A model generated the notes under the pieces. That model was not told the DNA's origin. It did not search any database and saw only the letters and a program-made list of their open reading frames with translations. A stretch of DNA of 64,000 nt, taken from assembly GCA_965262915.1 (NCBI GenBank), contig OZ253564.1, positions 2,112,001 to 2,176,000 on the forward strand, written 5' to 3'. Both the position numbers and the translations under genes were made by a program. This document shows, piece by piece, positions 19,466 through 29,278 of this stretch (positions within the stretch are counted from its first letter, which is position 1; every line of letters starts with the position of its first letter). Origin of the DNA: Candidatus Spongiisociaceae bacterium. GTDB lineage: Bacteria > Actinomycetota > Acidimicrobiia > Spongiisociales > Spongiisociaceae.

Positions 19466-20238
19466 GGGTCGACCCCCGGATTCTCCTGCGACGTCGGCAG
19501 GTAGCCGAGCAGCTGGCCAGATCGCGGGTGCGGCGGTCGCTGGTGGTGCTGGTGGCGCTGGCGGGCGTGGGAGGGGTCGCCTGGTTCCTGACCTCCTCCC
19601 TCGTGAGCGTTCGCAGTGTGGTGGTGGAGGGAGCGAATAACGCGGAGGTGGATGTGATCCTGGCCCGCCACAAGGTTGTCGACGGTAGACCGATGGTGAT
19701 GATCCGGGTCGAGCCGGTGGAGGAGGGACTGATGGCAGATCCGTGGATCCGGTCGGCCTCCGTCAAGTTGGTGTTCCCCACGGAGGTCGAGGTCTACGTG
19801 CAGGAACGGGTAGCCGTGGCCTGGATATGGTTGGAAGACCGATGGGGCTTGCTGGCCGACGATGGGGTGGTGATCGATTATGCCGGCACCCCGACGCCCA
19901 TCCGATCCTTGATCCGGGCCCCCAGCGACGATCCGGGTATCGGGGGCTCGGTGGGCAGCGAGGAGGTTCTCGGTGCACTGCGATTCCTCGATGCCCTTCC
20001 CGACGATCTGTCGGAGCGGAGCATCGTGAACGTCGTCGACGGTGAGCTTTGGGTCTCGGTGGGATTCAGGACGGTCCGTCTCGGTTTCCCGGTCGAGATG
20101 GAGTCCAAGGCCGCTTCGCTGGTAGCCGTTCTGGACTCCGCTCCCGACGGTGTGATCGATGTGACCGCGCCCGCTCGTCCGGCTATCCGGACCTGGGATA
20201 CGATCGGAGCCTCGGTGAAGGACAGAATCGACCTTTAG
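19462..20238 (+). CDS. ftsQ: FtsQ/DivIB POTRA-domain protein
   Basis: TM then POTRA (PWIRSASV..FP..V.VQER); directly before ftsZ. Confidence 0.85.
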   Translation: MRVDPRILLRRRQVAEQLARSRVRRSLVVLVALAGVGGVAWFLTSSLVSVRSVVVEGANNAEVDVILARHKVVDGRPMVMIRVEPVEEGLMADPWIRSASVKLVFPTEVEVYVQERVAVAWIWLEDRWGLLADDGVVIDYAGTPTPIRSLIRAPSDDPGIGGSVGSEEVLGALRFLDALPDDLSERSIVNVVDGELWVSVGFRTVRLGFPVEMESKAASLVAVLDSAPDGVIDVTAPARPAIRTWDTIGASVKDRIDL

Positions 20239-20367
20239 CTTTAACAAGAGGCAAAGATTAATCTAGAAGGTGAACCAAATAGGATGGCGTAAGCTTGAGG
20301 GCTACATGACCCCGGCGACTGTTCGGGGTAGAGGCTCGCATAGGCTGAACCGGGAGGACGAACGCGC

Positions 20368-21447
20368 ATGGCCGTTACAAATGTCGGCGGGTTGCACACC
20401 TACGTAGCGGTTATCAAGGTGGTGGGGGTTGGCGGTGGCGGGATGAACGCCGTCAACCGGATGGTCGAAGCCGGTATCCGTGGAGTCGAGTTCATCGCGG
20501 TCAATACCGATGCCCAGGCGCTGCTGATGTCGGATGCCGACATCAAGCTGGATATCGGTCGCGAGGTGACCCGGGGGCTCGGCGCGGGCGCCAACCCTGA
20601 AGTCGGGAAGGCCGCCGCCGAGGCACACAGGGAGGAACTCGAAGATGTGTTGACGGGTTCGGACCTGGTTTTCGTCACGGTCGGGGAGGGAGGCGGAACC
20701 GGCACCGGTGGCGCCCCGGTGGTGGCGCAGGTAGCCCGTAACCTCGGTGCTCTGACGGTCGGCGTGGTGACCCGCCCGTTCGGCTTCGAGGGGCAACGTC
20801 GCTCCGTCCAAGCCGAGCAGGGAATCGCAGAACTACGGGAGGCGGTGGACGCCTTGATCGTGATCCCCAACGACAACCTGCTGGCGGTGGCCGATCGGTC
20901 GATGTCGATGGTGGACGCTTTCACGCTGGCGGACGAGGTACTGAGGGATGGGGTGACGGGAATCACCGAGATCATCACCAACCCCGGTCTGATCAATGTG
21001 GACTTCGCCGATGTCAAGACCGTGCTGGGCGACGCGGGTACCGCGGTTCTCGGGATAGGGCGGGCATCGGGGGACAGCCGGGCGGCCCAGGCGGCTGAGC
21101 GGGCTATGGCCAGTCCTCTGCTCGAGTCCTCGATGGAGGGAGCGACCGGGGTACTGCTATCTATCTCGGGTCCGCCCGATCTGACCTTGTACGAGGTGAA
21201 CGAAGCTGCGTCCAGCGTCCAGGCACACTGCGAGCCGGACGCCCAGATCATCTTCGGGGCAACGCCGGACGAAACCGTGGGGGAGGAGTTCCGGGTAACG
21301 ATCATCGCCGCGGGCGTCGATCGGTCGCGGCGGGCGCCCCGGCCTGCGGACCCCACGATCCGGTCGCGTCCCCGTCTCGCATCCGAGCGGATCCTTCCCA
21401 TCCCCGAGGACGATCCCTTCGACATCCCTGGCTTCGTCGAAGGATGA
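20368..21447 (+). CDS. ftsZ: Cell division protein FtsZ
   Basis: [29 protein letters not shown]-terminal DIPGF. Confidence 0.98.
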   Translation: MAVTNVGGLHTYVAVIKVVGVGGGGMNAVNRMVEAGIRGVEFIAVNTDAQALLMSDADIKLDIGREVTRGLGAGANPEVGKAAAEAHREELEDVLTGSDLVFVTVGEGGGTGTGGAPVVAQVARNLGALTVGVVTRPFGFEGQRRSVQAEQGIAELREAVDALIVIPNDNLLAVADRSMSMVDAFTLADEVLRDGVTGITEIITNPGLINVDFADVKTVLGDAGTAVLGIGRASGDSRAAQAAERAMASPLLESSMEGATGVLLSISGPPDLTLYEVNEAASSVQAHCEPDAQIIFGATPDETVGEEFRVTIIAAGVDRSRRAPRPADPTIRSRPRLASERILPIPEDDPFDIPGFVEG

Positions 21448-21469
21448 CCCGGCACTCTCCACGGGAACC

Positions 21470-22093
21470 GTGATCATCCGCCCGCCCGGGTTCCGCGGAG
21501 CAGCCTTCACGACGGCCCAGGCCGGCGATATGTCGTGCGGTGATCGGTCGGCGCTGTCCGCGCGCATTGGAATCCCTGACGAATGGGCCACCCTGCGCCA
21601 GGTTCACGGCGCCGACATCATCGAGGTGACCCGTCCGGGCCGGGAGGGTGACGGCGATGCCCTGGCCACGGCTTGCCCGGAGTTGCCGCTGTCCGTGTTC
21701 ACGGCCGACTGCGCGGGAGTGGTGCTGGAGACCCGCCGGGCCGTGGCGGTCGTACATGCGGGGTGGCGGGGTGCGGCGGCCGGTGTCGTAGCCGAGACCG
21801 CCCGCTACCTGGAATCGCGTTTCGGTGATCGGGTATCGAGGGCCGCTCTCGGTCCTCTCATCGGATCCTGCTGTTTCGAGGTCGGCGACGAGGTGGCCGT
21901 GCGGTTTCCCGGCCGCGAATCCACGACTCGATGGGGGACGGTATCGGTGGATCTTGCAACAGAGATCCGTTCCCAGGCACCCGGCGCCAGTTGGTGGTCG
22001 GTCGATGCGTGCACGCGTTGCGGGGACGGATGGTTCTCGCACCGGGCGACGGGTACCACTCGGCGGATGGCGGCAATAGGATGGATACCGTGA
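21470..22093 (+). CDS. pgeF: PgeF/YfiH (YlmD) peptidoglycan editing factor
   Basis: QVHG, TADC, HAGWRG, FSHR. Confidence 0.9.
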   Translation: MIIRPPGFRGAAFTTAQAGDMSCGDRSALSARIGIPDEWATLRQVHGADIIEVTRPGREGDGDALATACPELPLSVFTADCAGVVLETRRAVAVVHAGWRGAAAGVVAETARYLESRFGDRVSRAALGPLIGSCCFEVGDEVAVRFPGRESTTRWGTVSVDLATEIRSQAPGASWWSVDACTRCGDGWFSHRATGTTRRMAAIGWIP

Positions 22094-22749
22094 GCGTGGC
22101 AACCCGTCTCGGAGAGGTCGAAGAACGGGTGGCGGCGGCCGCCCGCCGGACCGGACGGCGTCCGGACGAGATCGAGCTAGTCGCGGTCGGCAAGGGTCAC
22201 CCGGCCAGGGTGCTCCGGGAAGCCTTCGATGCCGGGCAGAGCACGTTCGGCGAGAGCCGCGCGCAGGAGTTGATGTCGAAGTTCGGTGATCTTCCGACCG
22301 GCGTGGAGTGGCACTTCATCGGCCCGCTGCAAACCAACAAGGTGCGGATCGTGCGCCCCCGCGTGGCGTTGATCCACTCCTTCGACCGGGACCGGCTGGT
22401 GAAGCCATGGACCAGGGGTGCGGGCGACCCCCCCCCGGCGTTGTTGCAGGTGAACATAGGGATGGAGCCACAGAAGCAGGGGATACCCCCCGATCTGGTC
22501 AACGAGACCTTCGACAGATGGGCAGCGGCGGGCATCCGGTTACACGGAATCATGGCGATACCGCCGATGGGCGGGACGAGCGAGGCTGCCCGGCCCTACT
22601 TCGCCAGGATGAGGGAGATCAGGGATCGCCTGTCCGCCCGGGCCGGTAGGCCGCTGGCGCTGAGCATGGGGATGACGGACGACTTCGAGGTGGCAATCGA
22701 GGAAGGATCCACCATGATTCGGGTTGGACGGGCTATCTTTGGCAACTGA
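22090..22749 (+). CDS. yggS: PLP homeostasis protein (YggS/YlmE)
   Basis: WHFIGPLQTNK, LSMGMTDDFEVAIEEGSTMIRVG. Confidence 0.95.
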   Translation: MSVATRLGEVEERVAAAARRTGRRPDEIELVAVGKGHPARVLREAFDAGQSTFGESRAQELMSKFGDLPTGVEWHFIGPLQTNKVRIVRPRVALIHSFDRDRLVKPWTRGAGDPPPALLQVNIGMEPQKQGIPPDLVNETFDRWAAAGIRLHGIMAIPPMGGTSEAARPYFARMREIRDRLSARAGRPLALSMGMTDDFEVAIEEGSTMIRVGRAIFGN

Positions 22750-22768
22750 CCCCGATAGCGGAATAGGT

Positions 22769-23320
22769 ATGAGTTCCTTCAACAAGTTCTTGGCATGGAT
22801 GGGGCTGGTGGACGAGACCGAGCACTCGGGCGACCAACCCCGGGATTCGCGCTCGCCCGGCGCCGGCCAACGCCGACCGCCACACCGCCCCCAGGTGCGA
22901 CCTGCGGGCGGTCGGCCCACCGGTGCGATGGGAGGTCGCCAGCTTGCCGAGGCGGCGCCCACGTACCGGCGCCCGCAAACAGCAGTGACGCCGGACCTGA
23001 GTGTGGTGGTGCGACCCGGTGAGCAGGCGGGGTCGATGGTCGGCTATACCGAGACCATCGACGTTCGCAGTTTCGAAGACGCCAAGAGGATGGCCGACCT
23101 GATGCGGGAGAGGATTCCGGTGGTCGTGAACCTCAGGGATACCGATCCCACACTGGTACGGCGGCTGGTCGACTTCTCGAGCGGGCTGGTGTACGCGCTG
23201 GACGGATCGATCCGCAAGGTCGCCGAGGGGGTGCTCCTGGTGAGCCCTCCGCGGGTGAGAATCCTCGAACGCGAGCTTCGCCGCCTGGCCGAACTCGGGC
23301 TCTACGACTTGGACGCGTAG
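22769..23320 (+). CDS. sepF: Cell division protein SepF
   Basis: Amphipathic N-terminus MSSFNKFLAWMGL; VVVNL..RLVDFSSGLVYALDG. Confidence 0.92.
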   Translation: MSSFNKFLAWMGLVDETEHSGDQPRDSRSPGAGQRRPPHRPQVRPAGGRPTGAMGGRQLAEAAPTYRRPQTAVTPDLSVVVRPGEQAGSMVGYTETIDVRSFEDAKRMADLMRERIPVVVNLRDTDPTLVRRLVDFSSGLVYALDGSIRKVAEGVLLVSPPRVRILERELRRLAELGLYDLDA

Positions 23321-23324
23321 CTTC

Positions 23325-23588
23325 GTGCGGCTGTTCTTCATCATCTGCACGCTCCTGCAGTTGTACGTGTTCGCCATCATTGCCCGGGTCATCCTGAGCT
23401 GGGTGGCGGTGCCCGGCCACCACCCGGTCGGCCGGATAGTGGCCGTCCTCGCCAGGGTGGTCGATCCCCCGCTCCGGTCGATCAGCCGGGCGCTTCCCGC
23501 AATCCCCCTGGGTTCTGTAAGGCTGGATCTGTCCCCGATCGTGCTTCTCGTCGGGGTGACGTTGGTGACGAGGATCATATGCAGGTAG
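23325..23588 (+). CDS. yggT: YggT/YlmG membrane protein
   Basis: ARVILSW..DPPL..LDLSPIV. Confidence 0.88.
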   Translation: MRLFFIICTLLQLYVFAIIARVILSWVAVPGHHPVGRIVAVLARVVDPPLRSISRALPAIPLGSVRLDLSPIVLLVGVTLVTRIICR

Positions 23589-23592
23589 AGCG

Positions 23593-24132
23593 GTGCGCCT
23601 GAGTTCGCACGAAGTCGAAGGGGTCAAGTTCGCGGTCACCCTCCGCGGTTACGCAGAGGACGAGGTCGACGCCCTCCTTGACCTCGTCGTGGCCACCATC
23701 GGTGAGTACGAGGATCGTGACGCCAAGGCCTGCAGTGAGATTGAACGGCTCCGGTCCGACATCGACGAATGCCGCAAAGCGCGGCTCCTGGAGATCAGAG
23801 GGCCGAGTTCGGACCGTGATGCCCACGTTGACGTCGAGAACCGGGTGGCAGGCATGCTCGAGGAAGCGGTCAGGACCTCGGAACGGGTGGTCGAGGAGGC
23901 CTTGGAGGCGGGCGAGCACATCCTCGACCAGATCCGAACGGCGTTGGAGCCCTCCTTGCCGGGGGCGGAGCGCGGTCGACCCGACCAGCATGCCGAGGTG
24001 GACCAGAACATCCCCCCGGTCGGTGCCGAGGGCGGGCTCGAGGGGATCATGGAGAGAGATCCGCAGCCCGGACCGTCCGGCCTTGCCTCAGGGCCTCTCG
24101 GACCCGAAGGCCTTTTCGATCGCCACTCGTAG
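23593..24132 (+). CDS. divIVA: DivIVA-domain protein
   Basis: F..TLRGYAEDEVDALLD N-terminal motif plus coiled coil; follows yggT. Confidence 0.75.
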   Translation: MRLSSHEVEGVKFAVTLRGYAEDEVDALLDLVVATIGEYEDRDAKACSEIERLRSDIDECRKARLLEIRGPSSDRDAHVDVENRVAGMLEEAVRTSERVVEEALEAGEHILDQIRTALEPSLPGAERGRPDQHAEVDQNIPPVGAEGGLEGIMERDPQPGPSGLASGPLGPEGLFDRHS

Positions 24133-27100
24133 GGCGCCGCCACCGATCTTGTAGACGGTGCCCGAGGTCGCCGGCCCGGGGGTGAGCGAGGCGGCCAGTA
24201 TCTCTCCGGCTACGAACCCGGCGTGGCGCACGATGGCGGTCCGGATATCGTGGTCGTCGGTGTGATAGCTGACCTTGATCCGGTCGCTGACCGCCAACCC
24301 CATGTCACGCCGGGTTCGCTGGATCCGGGACACCACCTCCCGAGCCCGACCCTCCGCCGCCAAGTCATCGCTCAGCGCGGTGTCCAACGCTACCGAGAGC
24401 GCTCCGTCCGAAGCCACCACCATCCCCGGACGGGGTCGGCGGGTTATCACCACGTCATCGGTGGTGAGCCGATGGTCGCCGATCACGATCCCACCGGTCT
24501 CGACGAGGATCGACACCTGCGATCCGGGAAGCGAAGCCAGAGCAGCCGCCACCGCTTTCACTTCGGCCCCGAGGCGGGGGCCGAGCCGCCTGAAGTTCGC
24601 CTTGGCACGTAATTCGACCACCGACTGCTCGTCCTCGGAGGTCTCCACGTTCTTGACGTTGAGTTCCTCGGCGATAATCCGACGGTGGCGATCGACTGCT
24701 CGCGCCAGATCCGGGTCACGGCTGACCACGGTCAGGCGGGACAGGGGTTGGCGAACCCCTACCGCGTTGTCGGACCTCAGGAATCGCCCCAGCGTGACCA
24801 CTTTTCGGGCGACCTCCATCGACTTCTCGAGGTCCTCGTCGATCATCTCGGCGTCGACCGTCGGGTAGTCGGTGTGATGAACACTGGTTGCGTCCGGCAC
24901 CAAGCCCCCGTGTAGCTCCTCGGTGATGAAGGGGAGCACCGGCGCCAGGAGACGGCTGAACACCACCAGCACCTCGTAAAGAGTGGCGAACGCCGCCCGC
25001 TTGTCCTGCTCGTGACCTTCCCGGCTTCTCCAGAACCGGCGGCGGGATCTCCGCACGTACCAGTTCGTGAGGTCGTTGACGAACCCAAGGGCGGGGCTGA
25101 CCACTGCGTACAGGTAGTAGCCCTCCATCAGCCGGTTGGTCTGTCCTATCAGTGACTGGAGGACGCTGAGGATCCAGCGGTCGATCTCGGGCCGCTCGGC
25201 GACCGGGGGCGCTCCCCGCAAGTCCTCGAACCCGATCCCGTCCGCTTCCGCATAGGTGGTGAAGAACGAGTAGGCGTTCCACAATGGGAGGATCACGGTT
25301 CGGACCACATCCCGCACTCCCGCCTCCGAGAACCGGAGTGGCTCGGCCCTCAGCACCGGCGAGTCGATCAGATAGGCGCGCACCGCGTCCCCTCCGTAGC
25401 TGTCCAGCATCAGGGAGGGCTCCGGGTAGTTCTTGAGCCGCTTGGACATCTTGCGCCCGTCCTCGGCCAGGATCATTCCGTTCACCACGCAGTTCTGGAA
25501 CGCCACGTCGTCGAACAGGGCGGTTGCCAGGACGTGGAGGGTGTAGAACCAGCCTCGCGTCTGATCGAGACCTTCGGCTATGAAGTCGGCGGGAAACCTG
25601 GCTGGGAACCGGTCTTCGTTCTCGAAGGGGTAGTGAAGCTGGGCGTAGGGCATCGAGCCCGATTCGAACCAGCAGTCGAGGACTTCGGGAACCCGGACCA
25701 TGACACCCGCTCCACGATCGGTCCCGCCCACCGAGCACGACGAGCAGGGATAGGTGATCTCGTCGACCACGTGCTTGTGGAGGTCATCGAGCCACACTCC
25801 CGAGTGTTCTTCGAGTTCCCTACGGCTGCCGATGCACTCCTGATGACCGCAGGTGTCGCACTCCCATACAGGAATGCAGCTTCCCCAGAACCGGTTGCGG
25901 GAGACCGCCCAATCCCGGGCATCCTCCAGCCAGTTACCGAAGCGGTTGGCGCCCACCCGCTCCGGTACCCAATGGATCGACCCGTTGAGTTCGACCATGC
26001 GGTCGCGTATGGCTTCGACCTTGACGAACCAGGTGGGGATGGCCTTGTAGATGAGCGGCTGGTCGGTGCGGTAGCAAAAGGGGTAGGCGTGGAGGATCCG
26101 CTCGCTCTTCATCAGGACTCCGGATCGGCGGAGGAGCCCGATGATCGTGCTCTCGGCCTCGTGGACGTGGAGACCGGCGAGTTCCGGGATGGCATCGGTG
26201 AACCTGGCCTCGAGGTTGACCGGGTCCACCAGCAGGTCCATACCCTGCACCTGCATGGCGTAGAGGTCCTCCTCGCCGTAGGCCGGTGCCATGTGGACCA
26301 GTCCGGTTCCCTCGTCGGTCTTGACGGCCGGGCTAGGGATCACGCGGAAGCCGCCCCGATCCTGTAGGTCCTCGAAGTAGTCCAGAGGGGGCCGGTAGAC
26401 GACACCCAGCAGGTCACGACCCGTCGTTACGGCTACCGGCCGGCGCGGTTCGCCGAAGACCTCCTCGACCCTTGAGGATGCTACCCAGTAGCGGGCTCCA
26501 CCCTCCTCCACCGCCACGTACTCGACATCCTCGCCAACCGCCACCACCAGGTTTCCGGGAAGGGTCCAGGGGGTGGTGGTCCATATGGTGAGGTAGTCCC
26601 CGGGCCGCGCCGGCCCGGCGTCCTCCGGGACCTCGAGCACCTCGAGACGGAGGGTAACGGCCGGGTCGTCGACGTCCCGGTAGCCGCCCAGGCTGACCTC
26701 GAAGTTGGACAGGGTGGTTCCGGCCGCCCAGGAATAGGGCAGGACCTTGAAGGCCCGGTAGACGAGGCCCCTGTCCCACAGCGAACGGAATACCCACCAG
26801 ACGCTCTCCATGAACTCGGGGTCCATCGTCTTGTAGTCGTTGGCGAAATCCACCCAGCGTCCGATCTTCCGGGTGATGTCCTCCCAATCCGCGGTCGTGA
26901 CCTCGACCATCCTGCGGCAGGCCTGGTTGAACTCGACCACACCGAGTTCCTCGATCTGCCGGGGACCGGAGATGCCCAGACGTTGCTCGACCTCCATCTC
27001 GACCGGGAGGCCGTGGGTGTCCCACCCGAACCGCCGCTCGACCCGGTGACCCCGCATGGTCCAGTAGCGCGGCACGATGTCCTTGATTATCCCGGCCAGT

Positions 27101-27312
27101 ATGTGGCCGTAATGCGGGCTTCCCGAGGCGAACGGGGGACCGTCGTAGAAGGTGTACTCCCGATCTGCGGGGCGCATCTCGATCGAGCGACGGAAGGCGT
27201 CGGTCTCGTCCCATCTTTTCAGGACGCGCGCGTCGAGGGCGGGGAGGTCGAGCTTGGGGGCGACCCGGCGGAAGTCGGTGGTCGGTCTCGAGTCCGGATC
27301 GGCTCCGGGCAT
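24088..27312 (-). CDS. ileS: Isoleucine-tRNA ligase (type 2)
   Basis: FYDGPP, HYGH, GWDTHGLP, WTTTPWTLP, GLDQTRGWFY, KMSKR; no C-terminal Zn finger. Confidence 0.97.
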   Translation of the reverse strand: MPGADPDSRPTTDFRRVAPKLDLPALDARVLKRWDETDAFRRSIEMRPADREYTFYDGPPFASGSPHYGHILAGIIKDIVPRYWTMRGHRVERRFGWDTHGLPVEMEVEQRLGISGPRQIEELGVVEFNQACRRMVEVTTADWEDITRKIGRWVDFANDYKTMDPEFMESVWWVFRSLWDRGLVYRAFKVLPYSWAAGTTLSNFEVSLGGYRDVDDPAVTLRLEVLEVPEDAGPARPGDYLTIWTTTPWTLPGNLVVAVGEDVEYVAVEEGGARYWVASSRVEEVFGEPRRPVAVTTGRDLLGVVYRPPLDYFEDLQDRGGFRVIPSPAVKTDEGTGLVHMAPAYGEEDLYAMQVQGMDLLVDPVNLEARFTDAIPELAGLHVHEAESTIIGLLRRSGVLMKSERILHAYPFCYRTDQPLIYKAIPTWFVKVEAIRDRMVELNGSIHWVPERVGANRFGNWLEDARDWAVSRNRFWGSCIPVWECDTCGHQECIGSRRELEEHSGVWLDDLHKHVVDEITYPCSSCSVGGTDRGAGVMVRVPEVLDCWFESGSMPYAQLHYPFENEDRFPARFPADFIAEGLDQTRGWFYTLHVLATALFDDVAFQNCVVNGMILAEDGRKMSKRLKNYPEPSLMLDSYGGDAVRAYLIDSPVLRAEPLRFSEAGVRDVVRTVILPLWNAYSFFTTYAEADGIGFEDLRGAPPVAERPEIDRWILSVLQSLIGQTNRLMEGYYLYAVVSPALGFVNDLTNWYVRRSRRRFWRSREGHEQDKRAAFATLYEVLVVFSRLLAPVLPFITEELHGGLVPDATSVHHTDYPTVDAEMIDEDLEKSMEVARKVVTLGRFLRSDNAVGVRQPLSRLTVVSRDPDLARAVDRHRRIIAEELNVKNVETSEDEQSVVELRAKANFRRLGPRLGAEVKAVAAALASLPGSQVSILVETGGIVIGDHRLTTDDVVITRRPRPGMVVASDGALSVALDTALSDDLAAEGRAREVVSRIQRTRRDMGLAVSDRIKVSYHTDDHDIRTAIVRHAGFVAGEILAASLTPGPATSGTVYKIGGGALRVAIEKAFGSERP

Positions 27313-27550
27313 GGCTCCTCGGGGGTAGGCGGCAATGGCGCCGGCCCGTGGCCGGCAGTGGGGGATGGTACTAGGAGGGTGGTCAAGAACCCCTGCCGAC
27401 CTTCTGGTCGATGGCAGAATGCCAGGTCAGCGGACGACGGGCCAACCATCTACCCGTCTCGGGGAACCTTCCTGGTGTCCTGATCCGTGAATCCGTCCCG
27501 GATACCCGGGAATGAACCGTCCATCCCACCCGGCAGGCCTGAGGCGGCCG

Positions 27551-27760
27551 AGAACGCGAAAAACACCGGACGAGGCCCCTCCCGACGGGCCCTCCCCCAA
27601 CCGCCACCTCCTCGGCTCCGGCCGCGTTCCTCCCTCCCCGAGAGGGTCGGCTTCGACAACATGATCCCTGCCCCGGTCCGGTCGGTACCGGATACGGACC
27701 GGTGGTGTTTGCGGTTACCTACCAGTATGCAACGGGACTGTGACACGGTCAACCCCCTTG
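27551..27760 (-). ncRNA. Candidate structured sRNA with own promoter, copy A
   Basis: TTGACC-17bp-CATACT (27752-27724), then about 170 nt sharing ordered conserved blocks with 58295-58512. Confidence 0.55.
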
Positions 27761-28074
27761 TGGCAGCGCGGTCGGTCCAGCGGGGGTTCTGGGGGCGGTT
27801 CGGCGTGGCCATCGTTCACCGACGCGGGTCCTGAACACAGCGAACGAGAGACTCGGGACACCAGTAGTCCGTCTGCGAGATGGCGGTGCGGCTCGCGCCG
27901 ACGGCGGCTTCCTCGTCTGGTCCGTCGACGGGGCGGCCGGTACGGACGCGAGGGATCCGGGCGCCCGGTCGGGCCGGACGGCACCATGACCGAGAATCAT
28001 CTCGAGCGCGCTTCCCGGCGGGCTCGCGGTAGCCTGCGATCGTATCGGGGTAGCAGACGGAAGGGGATTGGGGC

Positions 28075-28377
28075 GTGGCCGATCGGATCGAGCAGATGGT
28101 GCGTGACCATCCTCATGGCGTGATCCTCACCGTGCTGGTCACAGCAGGAGCCTCCCGCAGCGAGATCGTAGGTATGCACGGCACCTACCTGCGGGTGCGG
28201 ATAACCGCCCTTCCGCAAGGCGGGCAAGCCAACCGGGCGACCGCCCGGCTGCTGGCGGACGCTTTCGGCTGCCGGGCGGATCTGCTGTCCGGGGCCCGGA
28301 CGCGCATCAAGCGTATGCTGTTGCGGGGCGCCGACCGCACCGCGGTCACTTTGGTCATACGCTCGATGGCCCGCTGA
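28075..28377 (+). CDS. DUF167/YggU family protein
   Basis: V.V.AGASRSEIVG..LRVRITALP..GQAN..LLADAFG. Confidence 0.85.
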   Translation: MADRIEQMVRDHPHGVILTVLVTAGASRSEIVGMHGTYLRVRITALPQGGQANRATARLLADAFGCRADLLSGARTRIKRMLLRGADRTAVTLVIRSMAR

Positions 28378-28451
28378 ACGGTTCGTTGTCCGGGATGAAG
28401 CTCGACGTGCTAGCTTCACTCCTTCCGAAGCAATGCCGGAGGTGGACGAAA

Positions 28452-28829
28452 ATGGCGACTCGTAAGCTGGCCGAGTCGACGCTCGATCGGTTCAAGAGGC
28501 TCCTGTTGGAGAAGGAGCGTCAGTTGGAGGCGGTCATCGCCGACCATGAGGCGGAACGCAGCGAGGTTCGGATGGCGGAGACGGCAGCTGAGCGCAGTCC
28601 GGATCCTGACTCCGCCGATGGTGGTGCCATGGCTTTCGAGTTCGAGAAAGAACTCTCGGTGGACCGTAACACGCGGGACATCCTGGCCCAGGTCCGCCAA
28701 GCGATAATCGCGGTCGAGGATGGAACCTACGGGACGTGTCGGGTCTGCAGCTGTCCCATCCCCGTGGCGCGCCTGAGAGCGCTCCCGCATACGAGCCTAT
28801 GCGTGAAGTGCGCTTCAAGACGGCGCTGA
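28452..28829 (+). CDS. DksA/TraR C4 zinc-finger protein
   Basis: Coiled coil with DSAD tip, GTYGTCRVC..IP..RL.ALP..LCVKC. Confidence 0.9.
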   Translation: MATRKLAESTLDRFKRLLLEKERQLEAVIADHEAERSEVRMAETAAERSPDPDSADGGAMAFEFEKELSVDRNTRDILAQVRQAIIAVEDGTYGTCRVCSCPIPVARLRALPHTSLCVKCASRRR

Positions 28830-29278
28830 GCCCTAGGCGTACCAGAGCCGCCCTCATCGGTGGGGTGGTGCTCCTCACCGACCAGATCACCAAGGTCTGG
28901 GCCCGCACCGCTCTGGCGGACCATGACATCCAACTCGTACCGGGATTCCTGCGTTTCCATGTAGCAGATAACCCGGGAGCTGCCTTCTCGCTCTTCCAAG
29001 GTCTCGGTCCGTGGCTCGGATTGGCCGCCATGGTTGCGTCCGCCGTGATCCTGGTGGTGGTCGAGCGAACCGAGACCCGGTTCGAGTTGGCCGGTCTCTC
29101 CCTGATCCTGGGTGGCGCAGTGGGGAACCTGGCGGATCGGATCACGAACGGACCCTGGCTGACCGGTGCGGTAACCGACTTCATCGACTTCAGCTTCTGG
29201 CCGAACTTCAATGTTGCCGACTCGGCAATCACGATCGGAGTGGGAATTCTGTTATGGGCGGCGAAGCGCAGCAGGTGA
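28799..29278 (+). CDS. lspA: Lipoprotein signal peptidase II (start approximate)
   Basis: DQITK, NPGAAFS, GNLADR, VTDFI, FNVAD. Confidence 0.93.
   Translation: MREVRFKTALSPRRTRAALIGGVVLLTDQITKVWARTALADHDIQLVPGFLRFHVADNPGAAFSLFQGLGPWLGLAAMVASAVILVVVERTETRFELAGLSLILGGAVGNLADRITNGPWLTGAVTDFIDFSFWPNFNVADSAITIGVGILLWAAKRSR

Noticed and set aside
27313-27550. T-box riboswitch upstream of ileS
   Set aside because: No GGTGGTACCGCG T-box on the minus strand. The GAGGGTGGT at about 27375 is on the wrong strand and lacks ACC.
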